Assembly: GCA_030264375.1 (NCBI GenBank) | Contig: JASCQW010000112.1 | Location: 35,053,178 to 35,117,177, forward strand | Length of the DNA stretch: 64,000 nucleotides | Source of the DNA: Carcharhinus longimanus | Lineage: Eukaryota | Reading direction: 5' to 3' | Part shown: piece after piece, positions 1 through 11,310 of the stretch | Layout: the number at the start of each line of letters is the position of its first letter | Numbering within the stretch: position 1 is the stretch's first letter | Translations under genes and position numbers: made by a program | Notes under the pieces: model-generated | Databases searched by the model: none | The model's input: the letters and a program-made list of their open reading frames with translations, nothing else | Told to the model about the DNA's origin: nothing

Positions 1-149
1 TAGTCTTAGTGAGGTATTCTGGCAACATTAGTCATATGAATGCTACCATAATTCTTCAATAGTCAATGAAGCTGTTCTTGATTCATACAGTGGAAGAGGT
101 TACAGCCACAAACTCCTATCCCTGACAAATTACTGATCTCAGTAGGGGT

Positions 150-281
150 GGCAGACACACCAGCATAATTAAGGACCCCACACATCCTGGACATTCTCTC
201 TTCCACCTTCTTCCGTCGGGAAGTAGATACAAAAGTCTGAGGTCATCTACCAACCAACTCAAGACAAGCTTCTTCCCTGCT
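150..281 (+). mobile_element. Rex1/Babar-like LINE 3' ORF fragment
   Basis: ACCAACCAACTCAAGACAAGCTTCTTCCCTGC motif; homologous to 19480-19610. Confidence 0.6.
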
Positions 282-307
282 TCAAAAGGATGGTAGTATA
301 GCAAATG

Positions 308-508
308 ATGTGGAGGTGCCAGTGTTGGACTGGGCTGGGCACAGTAAGAAGTCTCACGACACCAGGTTAAAATCCAACAGGTTTATTTGGTATCATGAGC
401 TTTCGGAGCGCTGCTCCTTCATCGGGTGAATGGACAAGGAGCTTTGCTCCAAAAGCTCATGATATCAAATAAACCTGTTGGACTTTAACCTGGTGTTGCG
501 AGACCTCT
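308..508 (-). mobile_element. Short palindromic Penelope-derived (inverted pLTR) element with degenerate hammerhead core
   Basis: ~65-bp inverted arms (345-409 / 446-510). Homologous to the PLE terminus at 48460-48568. Flanked by tagtatagca[a/g]atg direct repeats (294-307, 509-522). Confidence 0.8.
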
Positions 509-1224
509 TAGTATAGCAGATGTCAGCAGAAAATTCATTACCTTTCAAAAACAAAACTTCCCAATCTTTGTTTCTCAGATTCAAACTGTTGACCGATTCT
601 GAATGGTGTACAGTTCAGTGTTGTGGATTAATTAATTTCCACCAGGAAATACACTTATCACTGGCCAAACTCAATTAAGCTCACCCAACAATCCAAATAA
701 GGAGGCTTGCCAATTAAGTTCCTAGGCAGCACTGCTGAACACCATTGCAGAAAATTTGAAAGTTGGGTCCCTCAATCCTAAGCTGTTAAAAGGGGCTGAA
801 GGTCGTCAGATTTCTGCATCATTGATTTACTAGCAGACTGTTCCTACTGCTGCCCTTTGAAATAATTGTACTATTTCCTCTGGTATTTGATACAGTTTTT
901 CACAAGTTAGGACAGTTAGTCCTTGGGAATGTGTCAGCTGCCCCCTCACACATTGAGAAATGTTTGTATGCACTGTGTGCAATGCATCAACCATCATACA
1001 ATCCTTGTATATTAACATTAAAATTAACCGTGTTTTAGAAATAAAAGATGTGCCAGCACTTATTTTCCCAAATACCTGAGTTCTGGGAGACACTGAACCT
1101 GATATTTATAGGGAAGGGAAAGGACACCTAAAACACAGAAACAAGGAGTTCCTGTCACTACTAATGGCAGGACCTCATTATTGTTTTCTCCTGCCATTCC
1201 CCACTCAGCAGTCAACCAGTTTGA

Positions 1225-1750
1225 TCATAGAATCATAGAACGATCACAACACAAAAGGAAGTCATTCAGCTGATTGTATTTGTGGAGTTTTTTCCACCGA
1301 TTTGAGTTAATAAGCAAAAGAAGTAATGGAGACATGAGGAAAACCATTATCACATAGTGGATGGTTGGAATTCGAATACATTGCCAGAGAATATGACAGA
1401 GGCTTGTTCAATCGAGGCATTCATGAGGAGATTCGATTGTTACCTGAAAAGGAGGAATGTCCATGGCCCCAGGGAGAAGGTTGGGGAGTAGCACAGGGAA
1501 ATTGCTTCTTTGTAGAGCCAGTGTGGATAAATCAAGAATGACCTCCTTCCCTGTTGTAGCCATTTGGTGATTCTCAAGTCACCACTGCTTCCTTTGTCGA
1601 TGACCTTAAATCTTTGCCTCTGGTTCTTGATCCTTTTACGAATGGGAACAATTCTCCCATTTGTGCACATCCCTCATGATTTTGAATACTTCTATCAAAT
1701 CTCCTCTCAATTTTTTCTGCTCCAAGGAAAACAGTCCCAACTTCTCCAAA
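1225..1750. mobile_element. CR1/HER1 LINE 3' fragments (mixed orientation)
   Basis: catagaatcatagaa tail and typical CR1 3' ORF remnants. Confidence 0.55.
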
Positions 1751-1752
1751 AG

Positions 1753-2030
1753 TTAAAGTTTATTTATTAGTGTCACAATTAGGCTTCCATTAACACTGCA
1801 ATGAAGTTACTGTGAAAATCCCCTAGTCGCCACACTTGCCACCTGTTTGGGTGCACTGAGGGAGAATCTAGCATGGCCAATGCACCTAACCACCATGTCT
1901 TTCGGACTGTGGGAGGAAACCAGAGCACCCAGAGGAAACCCACACAGATACAGACAGAACGTGCAGACTTCACACAGACAGTGAACCAAGCCGAGAATGG
2001 AAGCCAGGTCCCTGTTAAACACTGTGCCGC
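1753..2030 (-). mobile_element. tRNA-derived SINE, HE1-like head and V-domain with alternative tail (type B)
   Basis: HE1-like head plus tail ending ...gtgacactaataaataaacttt; five near-full copies in the window. Confidence 0.8.
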
Positions 2031-2297
2031 CCTATCTATATAACTGAAGTTCTTCATTCTTCGAACCATTTTCAAAAATCTTTTCTGTACCCTCTCTAAT
2101 GCCTTCACTTCCTTCCTGAAGTGTGGTACACAGAACATAAGTACTAGGAGCAGGAGTAGGCAATTCTGCCCCTTGAGCCTGCTCCACCATTCAGTACGAT
2201 CATTTGTCATCTTATTTACTTCATTCGGAACTGGAAGCAATACTTCAGCTGAGACATGTTTAACTTAAGTTCCTCTACAACTCTACGGTCCTATTGA

Positions 2298-2787
2298 TCA
2301 TAGAACCCATAGAGCCCTACAGTGCAGAAAGAGGCCCTTCGGCCCATTGAGTCTGCACCGAACACAATCCACCAATCCTACCCCTGTATCCCTACATATT
2401 ATACCCACTAATCCCTCTAACTTACGCATCCCTGGACACTAAGGGGCAATTTCTTAGCATGGCCAATCAACCTAANNNNNNNNNNNNNNNNNNNNNNNNN
2501 NNNNNNNNNNNNNNNNNNNNNNNNNNNNNNNNNNNNNNNNNNNNNNNNNNNNNNNNNNNNNNNNNNNNNNNNNNNCCCTGGACACTAAGGGGCAATTTCT
2601 TAGCATGGCCAATCAACCTAACCTGCACATCTTTGGACTATGGGAGGAAACCGGAGTACCTGGAGGAAATCCACGCAGACACGAGGAGAACGTGCAAACT
2701 CCATACAGACAGTGATCCGAGCCGAGAATGGAACCCAGGACCCTGGAGCTGTGAAGCAGCAGTGCTAAGCACTGTGCTACCGTGCCG
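2298..2787 (-). mobile_element. HE1-type V-SINE (spans N gap)
   Basis: tRNA head ggcacggtagcacagtg, V-domain ggccatgctaa..ttgccccttagtg, HER1-type tail ..tctatgatc. Confidence 0.85.
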
Positions 2788-2789
2788 CT

Positions 2790-3500
2790 ATTGATAAAGT
2801 CTAGGACACCATTTGTTTTATTAACTGCTCTCTTAACCTGTCCTGCCAACTTCAATGATTTAAGCACATGTACACCCAGGTCCCTCTGCTCCTGCATACT
2901 CTTTTACAAATGTACCTTTTATTTTATGTTGTCTCTCTGTGTTCTTTCTACCAAAATGAAACACTTTACACTTTTCATTAAATTTCATTTGCCACTTGTC
3001 CAACCATTCCACCAAATGTTTATATCTTTTTGAAGTTCTACACTATCTTCCTCACAGTTTAAAATACTTCCAAGTTTTGTATCAGCCACACATTTTGAAA
3101 TTATGTCCTATAAACCAAGGTCTATATCAATAATAAATATCAGGAAGGGCAGGGGTTTCACTTCTGATACTGTGGAACTCCAATATAAACCTTACTCCAA
3201 TCTCCAAAACAATCTTTAACACTACTCTCTGTTCCCTGTTATGCAGTCAATTTCATATCCATGTTGCTGCTGTATCTTTTATTCCGTGCGCTCTAACTTT
3301 CCTCACAAGTCTATTATCAAATGTCTTGTGGAAGTCCATGTACATTAGATCCACAGTATTACCCTCATCAACCTTCTCTGTTACCTCATCAAAATAAGCA
3401 AGTTAATCAAACTTGATTTGCCCTTAACAAATCCATGCTGGCTTTCCTTAATTAACCCACATTCCCTTAATTAACCCACATTTGCCCAAGTGATATGAAC
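2790..3500 (-). mobile_element. Degenerate CR1 LINE RT fragment
   Basis: Reverse-strand remnants of the CR1 RT (VxYMDFxKxFD-like motif near 3320-3350). Confidence 0.6.
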
Positions 3501-3599
3501 TCCTCAGAAATTATTCCCCCACTGAAGGGAATAGAACTCTGGTTTGTGAAGTAATTGATACAGAAGATCAAATGAGACAATTTAACTTTTAAGCAAACA

Positions 3600-4500
3600 T
3601 ATACATTTAATGCTATGAAAAAACATGAAATTTGGTGGTTCTACAAAGAGTATAAATCGCAACATTTACAAAATATTCTATTTATAAAATATTCTGAAAA
3701 AAGATAACTACATCTTATTTCTATGAGAGAATCTAAACAATACTAGAATTTGAAAGAGAACTTGATATCCATCAAACATTAAAGTAATATTAACTTGATC
3801 CCTGAGAGTGAAAGATTTGTTAGGTTCAGGATGGGTCTCAGGTGATCACTATTGCGTTCTCCCCTAACAAAGCTTGATTATTCAAATTACGTGGAGTTTT
3901 TAAATCAATTTTTTTCTGTTGCACAATTAAAAAGGTGCTATAGAAGATGGTCATTTGCTTAATAACAGACCACCCCCTCATCATTATCCCATATTGGGTG
4001 AGAAGATTCTCCTATGATAGTTGCCCGTTCAATTTATGAGAAATGTTTTTCTGAATTTATTCTTGAAAAACTACGGTCATGTTAGTCAATCTAACTGGCT
4101 AATGTATTGCGTCCAGTAACATAATAATACTTAGGGTCCAGTGTTCCTTTATCAGATTGTGGTTTTACTTATCTAAATGAGCATTCAGTGTCAGTGTTGA
4201 TTGTCATTGTAAGGACCCTTGGGATAGTTGCTTCTAGGTGTGTGTAATCTTTATCAGCAATGTCACATTGATGTGAAGGGAGTTGACCGTGTATATGCTT
4301 CGTCAGTTTGGCTCTTACAAAATGCAGCTTGCTGCAGGTTTTATTGAAAAGTAATTTGAAATTAATTTCTTGCATCTATACCATACCTCTTATTTTTTAC
4401 ATGATGGCATTGTCAGATGAGTATTCACCCTCCAATCTCAACGATTGGCCCTCTTTCTATATTGAAACCTTTGATTTCTTGCTGGATTACGGATAATGGG
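3600..4500 (-). mobile_element. Possible very old L1/Tx1 LINE 3' remnant
   Basis: ORF 4169-4375 (QEINFKLLFNK...QCDIADKDYTHLEATIPRV) resembles the C-terminal zinc-knuckle region of Tx1/L1 ORF2; weak. Confidence 0.3.
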
Positions 4501-4992
4501 GTACTGGTTGGTCCCCAGTGGCTCATCTAAAGGAACATCATAACTTGAGCCCAATTCTATCCTCACATGAGGTCACGTGCTCCCACCACTCAGTGATCAG
4601 GAGTAACGTTGTTGCTTACTGCTCATCAAGCTCTGTAATACCCTACTTTCATCTCAACTGAGCCCAGTTAATTCAACAAGTATAGATCAAACTCAGGATC
4701 TTCCGGTCTGTACACTTCAGATATTTATAGCAAATTGACCGAACAAATAAGCCATCTATTTTTAAAAAACTCTAAATATATATGTATACCAAAAAAACTA
4801 AACATTTCAGTAGTTGCAAGATATTTTCTTCCATTCTGCAACATATGTGGGTAAGATGGGTAGAGAGGGATATGGACCAAATGTGGTTAATTGGGACTAA
4901 CGTAGTGGTTAAAAAAAGGAGCGGCATGGACAAGTTGGGCCGAACGGCCTGTTTCCATGCTGTAAACTTAAGTGATTATATGATATTCTTAC

Positions 4993-5035
4993 CTTCAGCT
5001 TCATATTCTTCACCTTCTGTGGAAGTCTTCCACTT
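4993..5035 (-). CDS. NIN: Ninein coding exon 4 (small exon)
   Basis: ttcttttaatag|AAG TGG..., KWKTSTEGEEYEAE+G|gtaaga. Matches ninein HWKTQRSEEYEAEG. 43 nt, phase 0 to 1. Confidence 0.92.
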
Positions 5036-5257
5036 CTATTAAAAGAAATAGAACAAGGTCAAATAATTTGAAGTTTCATTTATATTTTGACTTCATCAAA
5101 AACACAATTTTAAAATGTGTGAACATCACAAAAGTGACAAGTGACAAGAAATGGAAGAAGACAAAAGCTTGCTTTTATAGGAATGACTAGAGAAAACTAG
5201 AAAGCTCTAGCCTCATATATATTTTTGAAAGACAAACTAAATTTATGCAGTGTTTTT

Positions 5258-5610
5258 CACATCCTCAGTACTTCTCTTAGCACTTTAGAGCCAATGGCTT
5301 ATGTTTTTTTGATGAAATATGGCAGGCACTTTGTGCAGTTCAAATCCCCACATACAGTAATGAGATAATGATCAGTTAATCTGTTTTAGTGATGTTGGGT
5401 GAAGGATAAATGTTGATCAAGATGCTGGCAGAACTCCCCACTCTTCCATCAATATAACCACCCGAGAGAGCTAACAAGGCCTTGGTTAATGTCTCATTTG
5501 ATTAAAGGTACATCTGAATGTGCAGCATTCCCTCAATATAGTGAAGTGTCAGCTTTTGGAGTGGAGCTTGAATCCACGACCCTCTGATACAAAATGCTCC
5601 CACTGAGCAA
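5258..5610 (-). mobile_element. Deu-domain SINE (SacSINE1/AmnSINE1-like)
   Basis: ggccttggttaatgtctcatttga...gtgcagcattccctca...tggagtggagcttgaatccacgacc resembles the reverse strand of the DeuSINE head and Deu domain. Confidence 0.7.
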
Positions 5611-5762
5611 CTTAAATAAAAAGTAAAGCATGAGTTATAACTGTGTATTTCATTTTTTAAAAAAATTAATGAGCACGACTATTTGCACTGCTTTCCCGGA
5701 AGTGTTTGGAGTGGCACCCAGGGCACCCTTCCATTAGCAATTCTTGCTGAGGTAAGGCCATA

Positions 5763-6945
5763 CATAATATGTAGGAGCAGAAGGCGGCCATTTGGTCCCT
5801 CAAGTCTGCTTTGCCATTCAATAAGATCATGGCTGATCAGATATAATCCTCAGCTCCACTTTCCCGCCTTATCCCCATATTCCCTTGTTTATTAAAATTC
5901 TGTCTATCACAGATTTGAACATACTTAATGACCCAGCCTCAATACTCTCTACAGTAAAGGATTCCAGATTCACTTTCCTCGAAGAAGAAATTCCTCCTCA
6001 TATCTGTCCTTATTCTGAGATTATGCCCTCTGTTCCTAGACTCTCCCACAAGAGGAAACATCCTCTCACCATCTATCCTGTCAAGCCTTCTGAGAATTCT
6101 GTATGTCTCAATAAAGTAGCCTCTCATTCTTATAAACTCCAATGAATACAGGCCTAACCTATTTAACCTCCCATCATAAGAAAATATCTGAGATCAACCT
6201 AGTGAACCTTCTCTGGACTGCCTCCAATGCCAGTATACCTTTCCTTAGAGAAGGGGACCAAAACTGATCACAGAATTCCAGGTGTGGTCTAACTAGTGCC
6301 TCATATAGTTTTAGCAAGACTTTTCTGTATTTATACTCTATTTCTTTTGAAATAAAGGCCACCATTCCTTTTGCCTTCCCTATTACCTGCTGAATTTGCA
6401 TGCTAGCTTTTTGTGATTTATGCATGAGGACCCCCAAATCCCTTTGTGCTGCAGTTTTCTGCAGTCTTTCTCCATTTAAATAATTTTCAGATTTTTTTTC
6501 CTACCGAAGTGCATAACTTCACATTTTCCTACATGGGTCGGAATTCTCCAATGCCGTACACCCTGTCACTGCTGCTAGCAAGAACGGAGAATTTGGTGCT
6601 CAGCCAAATCTCCATTCATGACAGAGAGACTGGAGAATTCTAGCCACAGGCGAGGTTGGAGAATTCTGGCTATTATTTTCCAAGTTTTTGCCCACTCACC
6701 TAATCTGTCTATATTCCTCTGTAGACTCTGTGTCATCCTCATCATTTACCTTCCCACTTATTCTTATGTCATCCGCAAATAGTACATTCACTTCCCTCGT
6801 CCAAATCATGACCAAATGTTGTAAATAAATGTGGCCCCAGCACAGATCTGTGTGGTACTGCACAAGTTTCAGGTTGCCATCCTGAAAATGGACCTTTCAT
6901 CCCAATTCTGTCTACTATCAATTAGCCAATCCTCTGTCCATGATT
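5763..6945 (-). mobile_element. CR1/HER1 LINE 3' ~1 kb, interrupted by a MITE
   Basis: Minus ORFs with LYEALVRPHLEFCDQFWSP and RMFPLVGESRNRGHNLRI (CR1 ORF2 C-terminus). Confidence 0.9.
6534..6671. mobile_element. ~140-bp MITE (Harbinger-like TIR ggxxggaattctcc)
   Basis: Terminal inverted gaattctcca/tggagaattc; homologous copy at 9285-9420. Confidence 0.65.
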
Positions 6946-8489
6946 CAAATCCTAAATGCACGATAGATACTTTACTACCAGGAGGCAGAAGACAAATCTC
7001 CCTCAGTAGCTGATTGTGAATCTCAGTTTAGTAGGAAACTGTGGCCGAATGTGCAAAAAAAAAACCATGGTTAAAAAGCAAAAATTCAACAGGGAGTGGG
7101 CAGTTGCCTAAGATTTACTCGCTAAACATAAATAACAATATTACCGAACAGAACGGGACTCTTAAATAGTTGTGCAATGGCAGAATGTTGATGTGATTAA
7201 CTGCGTTTAATTCTCTCCGCAGTCCAGGTAACTACCCACCTAATGCTGGCACACATCAGTTCAGGTTTGTTACGATTAGATTTGATTTCAGATTCAAGCA
7301 CAATGATAATCCATGCATAATACTGGACAGTTTGCTGTTTTTTCTATCCATTCACATTATTTCACCTAAAACCAGCATATTGGGAAACAGTGTGCAAAAG
7401 TGTGATGGGTACTTTTGCATGGACCCCTCAGAGCCATACTGTAAAAACATTATACATTTTTTTGACATAGCAAGTGTTAATAGTTATAACCTTTCCTTAC
7501 TCCTCTGAAAGCACTCATTAAAAATGATATGGATTATGAATTGTCCCTTGCAAGGCCAATTATTTGCAAATTGATTCTATTCATAAAACACTGGTATTTT
7601 CGAGATTATTTTCATTTTACGGTGTTTCAAAAAAAAACCTTTAAATGGATCCAGTTAGGAAATAAATTACCGAATAAATCAGTGAAATGTAATTATATGG
7701 GGCCTGCGCAGACATTATTCAAATGCAGAATTCTAAGAACTTATTGGCATTCACTGCATTTCAAAGTCAGAACATCAAAGCCTTTCTTATTGATGATGTT
7801 CTAAAGACATATCTAAAGACAAAGCAGGGACTCTGGCTGATTCTGATTGCAAAGAAGTGGCTTCTCGGCCAAGCTACTTCATTATGGTTGCTGCGTGCAT
7901 TACAGTGGAGTCACCTGATCAACTGGAATATATTCAGCTTTGATCAGAACATACACAAGTCCTAGAGTTAAATTTAATATGCCCTTCATCTAGGCAGTCT
8001 GACAAAAATCAGTATCATCCGCCAAAAGCCAGATAGTAAACTAGATGGATTGCATCCATAACGGCAGCCAGTACGATATGCAGCCTATGAAAGTGTGGCT
8101 ATAAATACAGGGTACTGCAGATGGGCACCCATCTAATTGAAAATAGAGGCTACATTCATTCTGCATGGTTTCCATAGAAACAGGATTAAATATAGTGGCT
8201 TTAAAAATTGCAGCAGCTGGTGGAATATTTCAATTATCCTGTTACTGAGCATTACTCTGGTCGGCAGCGTAAAAGTTGTAAAATAATCTGAGCGCTATCA
8301 GACCTTCCTTCATTGATATACACAGTGTTTAATGGAACCCAGACTGAGATCATGATCATTTGCTTTAGGAAAATAAAAACCCCATCTAAATCCAATGAAG
8401 AAACTCATTTTGTCAACAATGTTTTCTCTATTAGTCGGTGCACTAGCCAAAAGATGCACTCTCCATACATTGGGGCACAACTAAATTAA

Positions 8490-8605
8490 CAGCAAAATAA
8501 TGCAGTTGCTGGAAATCTAACTGAAAATGCAGGTCTGGTAGCATCTGTGGAGGCAGAAACAGAGTTAACATTCTGAGTTCATATGACTCATCTTTCGAGT
8601 TTCTA
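8490..8605 (-). mobile_element. Penelope-like pLTR fragment (family 2)
   Basis: tgcagttgctggaaatct...agcatctgtggaggcagaaacagagttaac, shared with 24820, 42335, 49760 and 58088. Confidence 0.6.
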
Positions 8606-9153
8606 AGAATCATATAGAGCAGCAGTGATAGGCACAAGTAACAGGGTTCCTTCTCCTTCAGTGAATCAGTTGGTATTTTGTGACAAACTAGCAGCTTTCA
8701 AGGGAAAATATGTTCTGGCACTAATCAAATATATTAAACCCAATTCCAGAACTTGCCAATGTTTGGGGTGTGAACTTATGATCTTGTGTTACAAAGCCAT
8801 CTTAACTACCACATTACCATTGCTTTTCATTCATTATATATCCTGTTTCATATTAATACACCATTTGCTTGTATTCAGTTTAATCTGCCATTTCTCTCAC
8901 AGGATGTGCAAGTGATTGAGGATTTTTTTGCAAATTGTAACTTCATACCTCCCTTCCTGTTTCAGCACCTTCTGTAAATTTGACAACCCTGCATTACATT
9001 TGGTGCACAGCTCATTTATATGGTTAGAAACAGTAGGGATACAAGGACTGAGATCATGCAGCGTTCCACACAATACTTCCAATCAATGTGATATCAAATC
9101 TCTCAACTAGATACTTACCGGATCCAAATTCCAAATTTTAATTTAAAAATAAA

Positions 9154-9420
9154 GGGCAGGATTTTCCAGCTGCGCTCACCCCAAGACCGGAAAATCCCGC
9201 CCGAGGTCAATGCACCTTGGCATGGTCCGTGTCCTGCCTGCTACAATTCCCATGGCAGGCGGAATGGGAAATTCAAACACTTTATCCAGAATTCTCTGAT
9301 CTCATTCGTCTTACCATTGCTGCCAGTGAGAACAGAGAATTTGGTGCTCAGCCAAAACTCCCTTCACTGAAGTGGGACTGGAGAATCCCAGCCACGGACA
9401 AGGTTGGAGAATTCCAGCTG
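9154..9420. mobile_element. Two adjacent short MITEs
   Basis: 9154-9275 is homologous to 58186-58603; 9285-9420 is homologous to 6534-6671. Confidence 0.6.
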
Positions 9421-9865
9421 ATATTTGCTTCCTTGGGCATAGCTAGTTTGCAGATAAGTGCAGAGAGAGGAGATGTAAAGAGTAGCGGATCAGACAGTTT
9501 GGAGGCTTAGTCTAGCAGGATCGTACATTTTTTTGGGGAAAAAGAGGGAAAGAGAGAAGAGGGAAAACGAGGCCAAAAGCAGGATGTGCACTTTTAGTTT
9601 ATACTGCTGAAAGTGGAGTGTATGAAGAAAACAGAATTGGAGATTATTGCAGAGGAAACCAGAGCCGTAACTTTGATAGATACAGGAGTGATTTGGTTTG
9701 TGGTTATTTATTTCCCCTCCTGCATTTTCCTGCACCAAATGGTAAAAGGAGGAGAAACAATGGAGTTTTCCCATAGGGGAGAGGAAAAGAAATCACACCA
9801 ACCTTCTATATTTCCTTTGCCAATAAACTTAACAATAAGTCTTAATGGTGGGATTGTTTTAAGTT

Positions 9866-10160
9866 GAAATTTATTTATTAGTGTCACAAATAGGCTTACA
9901 TTAACACTGCAATTAAGTTACTGATAAAATCCCCTCGTCGGCACACTCTGGCACCTTTTTGGGTACACTGAGGGAGAATTTAGCATGGCCAATGTACCTA
10001 ACCAGCATGTCTTTCGGGCTGTGGGAGGAAACCAGAGCACCCGGAGGAAACCCACGCAGGCACGGGGAGAACATGCCGACTCTGCACAGACAGTGACCCA
10101 GGCTGGGAATCGAACCTGGGTCCCCTGATGCTGCGAGGCACTGTGCGACCGTGCCACCCT
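9866..10160 (-). mobile_element. Type B SINE (HE1 head, alternative tail)
   Basis: Homologous to 1753-2030. Confidence 0.85.
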
Positions 10161-11109
10161 TGTTTCTCTTAAAAGGCTTGCTGGCAAAGTTTTTCCAAAA
10201 AACACAGTTAAAACTCACAATTTACCTAAATCGATTTATTATCATCATTCAAAAATGTCTGTTCAATATACACCATTATTGATAAATGCACGATGATTGA
10301 ACTAGAATCCTGGATTTGCCGAAATTCAAATAACTCATCAGTGCCTTTCAGCATCATTATTGTTCTTGGGTATTTGGCACAGAAGCATTCAGGCATCTGT
10401 ACTTTGATTAACACACAGATCAATTCACAACTAATTAATTATATAAAGGTGGATTAAAAATTTCACAAAGCCAGGAACAAAATGGCTCTGGCTTTCGAAC
10501 GTCAGGAATGAACTCTTACTGGCAGGGGAACTATGTATTTTAATGTCATGCAGGGGCATTTTGTGCATGATCAAGAGGACAGCTTGGTTTGATACAAGTC
10601 AGTATTTATTGAAACCCGTGTGGAAGGCAGAGCACTGCAAATACATTATTCAGATGGACGCATGCACAGCTGAACCAAAGAACAGATGGTATAGTTTAGT
10701 ATTCTAGGCCATATCTTTTGGACTGAAAAAAGCTCATGCTACACTTGCTATTGTTTACTTGTCATAGCCTCTTTCACCCTTTATGCATAAACCGACCAAC
10801 CTTTTGCACTTCACCATCTGTTTCATAGAAGCAGACCCTTATTCATAAATTAAGGACACCCAAATAACTGTTACAAAAAGTCCAGCCTTTGTCAGTATCT
10901 CATTAACATAACACTAAAGACACAAAGATCAATGCATGCGGTATAATCACATCAATGTTTGGAGATAAGGAAAGAAGCTAAATATCTGGAACCTTTAACA
11001 TCGTATTTACTGTTGTTTGGGAATACCTTGTGAATACAGACTTGCACTTCTTGAATCCATAACGTATTTAGAATTGTAGCATGAATACTCTATCTGGATT
11101 CCTGTGCAA

Positions 11110-11310
11110 GGGAATGCACTGCCTGAGAGTGTGGTGGAGGCAGGTTTGATTGAAGCATTCAAAAGGGAATTAAATTGTTAACCGAAAAGTAAGAATGTGC
11201 GGGGCTACAGGGAAAAGGAAGAGAAATGGCACTAAGTGAACTACCCATTTGAAGAACTGGTGCAAACACGATGGGCCAAATGGCATCCCTCTGCGCTTTA
11301 ACAATTTGTG
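11110..11310 (+). mobile_element. CR1 LINE 3' end
   Basis: ggaatgcactgcctgagagtgtggtggaggcagg...gatgggccaaatggc. Confidence 0.7.

Noticed and set aside
2430-2620. Apparent 45-bp tandem duplication either side of a ~100-N gap
   Set aside because: Identical sequence flanking a placeholder gap is most likely a contig-overlap artefact.
1-4990. Next NIN exon (expected QLRFWNPDD...)
   Set aside because: Not found by eye; it probably lies beyond the left edge of the window.
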